Assembly: GCA_965208675.1 (NCBI GenBank)
Contig: OZ242351.1
Span: 2,720,001 to 2,784,000 of the forward strand
Direction of reading: 5' to 3'
Source: Candidatus Poribacteria bacterium
Lineage (GTDB): Bacteria > Poribacteria > WGA-4E > PCPOR2b
Length of the DNA stretch: 64,000 nucleotides
This document shows, one piece after another, positions 60,521 through 64,000 of the stretch. The notes under the pieces are model-generated. The model ran no database searches. It saw only the letters and a list, made by a program, of their open reading frames with translations, and had not been told where the DNA came from. The translations under genes were made by a program, and so were the position numbers. How positions within the stretch are numbered: the first letter of the stretch is position 1; each line of letters begins with the position of its first letter.

Positions 60521-61252
60521 TCAATCGAGTTCAACCGGCACGCCGTCCAGCAAACCATTTTCGTGCATATCCACCCATTCGTCCATGAAGATTTTGTTCC
60601 ATTGGTCGGTCAGCGGGTGCTCCAGCATATCACGATACACCGTCCACATGGTGACCAGCTCGTCGGCGCCGTCACGGAATGCCGCGTGCGCCGTCTCTAC
60701 TGAACGCACGAGCGCCGCCATTATAAATGGCCGCTCCTCCCATCCGCTGAACATCTGTACACACTCACGTATCAGTTGTGTCGGATTGCCGCCCACGGAT
60801 TTGACCGGATCGCAGAACGGCAAGACGTGGTCGACACCAGCCTGCGCGACAGCGGCGGCTTGGGTCAAGGAGAAGACAGTCGTACAAAACGTCTCAATCC
60901 CGTCCTTCTTGAGCGCGCTGAACGCCTTAAGCCCGTTTGCCGAGCATGGGATTTTCAGGATAATCTGACCCGACAGGTCGGTAAAAACCTTCCCAACCGA
61001 GAGCAGTTCCTCGACCGTATGACCATCGATTTCCACAACTACGGGTTTGTCCGTGATGTTGAGATATTCCTTAATCAGTGCAATTACCGAACCGTACGGC
61101 TTGGCGTACTGGTTCAGCACTACGGTGTTGGTCACAATTCCAGCTATTCCCAGCGGCATCCACGGTGCTAAATCGTCGGGGGTACCGGCGAGCCAAATGG
61201 TGGGGCCGCGGCCTTCAGAACGCGCTTTCGGCACAGGTCCGTTTGAAGTCAT
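60521..61252 (-). CDS. Transaldolase/fructose-6-phosphate aldolase family protein (atypical)
   Basis: GIVTN, Schiff-base KIP, TTVFSLTQAAAVAQAG. Confidence 0.82.
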   Translation of the reverse strand: MTSNGPVPKARSEGRGPTIWLAGTPDDLAPWMPLGIAGIVTNTVVLNQYAKPYGSVIALIKEYLNITDKPVVVEIDGHTVEELLSVGKVFTDLSGQIILKIPCSANGLKAFSALKKDGIETFCTTVFSLTQAAAVAQAGVDHVLPFCDPVKSVGGNPTQLIRECVQMFSGWEERPFIMAALVRSVETAHAAFRDGADELVTMWTVYRDMLEHPLTDQWNKIFMDEWVDMHENGLLDGVPVELD

Positions 61253-61566
61253 TACGATGTTCTCCTAGTTTTGGCAAATTCTTGGGTATGTATTTGGAAG
61301 TATAGTCGATTTTGTGAATCAGGTCAATTCGTTTCTCCGCTCGATCGCATCTGTGCGATTCACAACGCCAATGACAGTGAACCGGCTACCGACAACCGCA
61401 TTTTGCGCATTATCAAATCCAAAATTGGTAGCCCTGCGTTGCTGTCGTTGTGGTATAATATTTACATTTCTGAATTGATGTAAACATTGATAAAAGGCAA
61501 ATACTTCGCTGTCGGACCATGAATAAACAATAACTTTTGCAATAACCATTGACCAGGAGGGCTGAT

Positions 61567-62298
61567 ATGCCGAACAGAGGTTTATCCAATGAGGAGATAG
61601 AGCAGCTAAAGCGGTACGACTCGCCTACAGTGTGCAACGTCATCGAGCTATTCGATGTGCGTCCGAGAGACGCGGGGTATATGAACGAACATGTGAAGTG
61701 TTGCTTCCCGGAAATGCCGCCGATGGTAGGATACGCCTCTACGGCGATGCGGCGCTGTGCGAGCGCTCCAAGGACGAGCAGCGAGCAGGTGAGTTTAGAA
61801 GCGCAATTGGAGAGTTTCGAGGCGCTGCCGGGGCCGGCTGTGGTGGTGTACCAGGACCTCGATGAGCCGAAGGTAGCGGCGACGTTCGGCGATATCATGT
61901 GCAAGTCGCTCAAGACTTTCGGCGCTGTGGGAATCGTAACCAGCGGTACCGGGCGGGACCTTGATCAGGTACGGGCGCTGGACTTCCCCGCGTTTACCAA
62001 CGGCGCAATCTCTTCGCACGGTTACGGCTACACCGCTGCCATCGGGATACCCGTTCATGTGGGCGGCATCACCATACACCCAGGCGATCTTCTCTACGGG
62101 GACTGCAACGGCGTGACGACAATACCGAACGAAATTGCCAGTGAAGTGGTTGACTGTTGTGCCGAGTTCGCCGCCGCAGAAGCCGTCGTGCTCAACTATC
62201 TTGACCGTAGCGATGCGACGCCAAAAGGCCTAACGGAGGCTCAGAACGAATGCAAGCGAAGGCTGGCGGAACTAAGTGAGCGCGTACGGACGAAATGA
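61567..62298 (+). CDS. RraA / HMG-aldolase family protein
   Basis: DSPTVCN, MVGYA, FGDIM, GRDLD, PGDLLYGDCNGV; SD AGGAGG before ATG 61567. Confidence 0.9.
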   Translation: MPNRGLSNEEIEQLKRYDSPTVCNVIELFDVRPRDAGYMNEHVKCCFPEMPPMVGYASTAMRRCASAPRTSSEQVSLEAQLESFEALPGPAVVVYQDLDEPKVAATFGDIMCKSLKTFGAVGIVTSGTGRDLDQVRALDFPAFTNGAISSHGYGYTAAIGIPVHVGGITIHPGDLLYGDCNGVTTIPNEIASEVVDCCAEFAAAEAVVLNYLDRSDATPKGLTEAQNECKRRLAELSERVRTK

Positions 62299-62379
62299 AA
62301 TCGCCCTTGGGTGTATTTTTCGGGGTTACCGCAACTGAGTTGAAATGCGCCGACGGATTTGGGAAAGTCCTTACGTATT

Positions 62380-63039
62380 TTATACATCGTAACTGCTGAC
62401 AACAGCGAGTTTTAACGGCTCATCGCCAACGTTTCGATATGCGTGCGTTACGTGTCGGGGAATAAATGCGACGCTCCCCGCACCCAACGCCGCTTCTTCT
62501 TCGCCAATCTTGACAGACGCCTGCCCCGAAATTATGTAGTAGACTTTCTCTCGGTCGGAGTGAGCGTGTGCTTCGACGCCGCCTTGCAATCCGTAGGTCA
62601 CCTCTGCCACACCTAATTTGCTCGGAGGGACATCGTCGAACTGGTAGGTATGGAGATCCAGCAAGGTTAGCAGTTCCTCCCCCGCATTGTGGAACCCGTG
62701 CGGTATGCCCAACGCAATCAAGGCGACGCCTCCTGGTCCGAGCACCGATGTGTCCTCTCCAATCGTAACTGATGCTTGACCCGCGATAATGTAGTAGGCT
62801 TGTTCGTTGTCGTCGTGTACGTGCTTGTCATGGCTTCCACCGGTTGCATAGGTAAGTACAACGAACTGCATCCGGCTGGAACTGATATTTCCGAGGTTGT
62901 ATTCGCCGAATATTTTGTCTGGACCAATCAGCGCCCTGCCGAAGCGGTATTCCTTTGGGGCAAGATTCCCAAATCTTTTTTGCCAAAAGACCGTAATTGG
63001 AAGCAATGGGTCCTCTGGGGTCCGCATATATTTCTTCAT
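62380..63039 (-). CDS. Bicupin-domain protein
   Basis: Two H.H…E..YYII.G…P….H…N.G cupin motifs. Confidence 0.88.
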   Translation of the reverse strand: MKKYMRTPEDPLLPITVFWQKRFGNLAPKEYRFGRALIGPDKIFGEYNLGNISSSRMQFVVLTYATGGSHDKHVHDDNEQAYYIIAGQASVTIGEDTSVLGPGGVALIALGIPHGFHNAGEELLTLLDLHTYQFDDVPPSKLGVAEVTYGLQGGVEAHAHSDREKVYYIISGQASVKIGEEEAALGAGSVAFIPRHVTHAYRNVGDEPLKLAVVSSYDV

Positions 63040-63115
63040 GTGCGCTTTCCATCTCCTGAAATCAAAGACCGGCTAGGGTTACAACCGTTGAGATGTTTAA
63101 AATACAAATCATCCT

Positions 63116-63520
63116 TTATAGTTCGTAACTGCTAATTACCACGACGGTCAACGGTTCATCGCCTGCATTGGCAAATCCGTGCGGCATATTCAGCGGGATA
63201 TATACTACCCCACCCGGGCCGACGATGCCTTCTTCAACACCCACTGTAGCTTTCGCCTGACCGGACACGATGTAATAGGCTTGCTCCTTATCGGGATGGG
63301 TGTGTTCTTCCGTGTAACCGTCCGGCGTGTAGGTATCGACAGAAATTTCCAATCGTTTTGATACCATGTTGCCGAGATTAAACTTGCCGTGAATTACATC
63401 GGGGCCAAGAAACAGCCATGAAGCCAGTTGATCTTTGTGATCGTCCGGATGTAGCTCAGCGATCGAAATTTGTCCAGAGCGCATGTCGTGGTCTGGAGTA
63501 CGTATGTATTTTTGCATCAT
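63116..63520 (-). CDS. Cupin-domain protein, paralog of the downstream gene
   Basis: HTHPDKEQAYYIVSG…PHGFANAG; shares the KY.RTP start and G.FNLGN segment. Confidence 0.88.
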   Translation of the reverse strand: MMQKYIRTPDHDMRSGQISIAELHPDDHKDQLASWLFLGPDVIHGKFNLGNMVSKRLEISVDTYTPDGYTEEHTHPDKEQAYYIVSGQAKATVGVEEGIVGPGGVVYIPLNMPHGFANAGDEPLTVVVISSYEL

Positions 63521-63786
63521 TATTCTCCTTTACCACCTGTCACCCCGGTCACGCGGGCGACAAGTAGCGTTGCGTAGATTGTGAAAAGTGTGAGGTTGAG
63601 TTGTGCCGCAGCAAACCGTAAAATTATACCTAGATTCCAATTTAAATACAAGCGTTATGTCTAGACGGTCAATATCTTGACACTCACGGTGCTGCGTGTT
63701 ACTATTTTGTAGAATACTCTTCGATTGGCCCGCTTTGGAAGCAGCGTGTCTGGGATTGTTGGTGGGAAAATGGAGGAGGAGATAAA

Positions 63787-64000
63787 ATGACACGAATAAC
63801 GGCTTTGTTCATAATCGTGGTATGTTTGATAATCGACACCGGTTGCGCTAATCGATTATCAGACCGGGCGGACGTTGCGGCGGGCGAAGAGAGTAGACTA
63901 CTGCAAACCAACGAGGCTCACTCAGATAATGGTTCTGTTACAATTTACACCAATCCTGCTGCGCATCCGCATTCACGAATCAACAAAAAACGTGCAATTG
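63787..64000 (+). CDS. Probable lipoprotein, 3'-truncated by the window edge
   Basis: TTGACA-N17-TACTAT at 63677-63705, SD GGAGGAG, MTRITALFIIVVCLIIDTGC; open to the end. Confidence 0.6.
   Translation, partial: MTRITALFIIVVCLIIDTGCANRLSDRADVAAGEESRLLQTNEAHSDNGSVTIYTNPAAHPHSRINKKRAI

Noticed and set aside
63530-63600. Hairpin upstream of the cupin genes as a riboswitch
   Set aside because: No recognisable aptamer consensus.
683-63911. Numerous short overlapping or antisense ORFs in the supplied track
   Set aside because: They are shadows of longer motif-bearing genes or fall on intergenic repeats, with no independent support.

Overview
The window looks like Candidatus Poribacteria or a close relative. 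This is inferred from LamG proteins ending in a TTWGxxK-like motif, internalin-type LRR, WD40, HEAT, TPR/CRTAC1 and PhyH proteins, and extended ECF sigma factors. 1-14.3 kb: a 5'-truncated Type IIG restriction-modification gene, then surface/repeat-protein genes separated by REP-like palindromes and a directional 32-nt repeat. 14.3-27.6 kb: udg, pgi/pmi, rseP, an ALDH/Fe-ADH/PQQ-propeller/HemN-like operon, a CHAD-ParA pair and rarA. 27.6-34.9 kb: a LamG x2/TPR/CRTAC1 block bracketed by a duplicated rarA-3'/ECF-3' junction. 35.2-59.2 kb is the highlight: a minus-strand cassette array of membrane-anchored ECF sigma factors. Five are of one family and two are ECF-M16 peptidase fusions; all end in a shared NTF2-like C-terminal domain that also occurs alone. 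Cassettes are separated by a conserved terminator + repeat + ECF-promoter spacer. The five related sigmas each have a distinct putative autopromoter whose variable bases co-vary with sigma2/sigma4 DNA-contact segments. Every copy has an in-frame Shine-Dalgarno + ATG just after sigma4, suggesting a second sigma-less product. 59.4-64 kb: epimerase, atypical transaldolase, RraA-like and cupin genes. No rRNA, tRNA, CRISPR, integrase or transposase was seen. All family calls are from motif recognition, not database searches.
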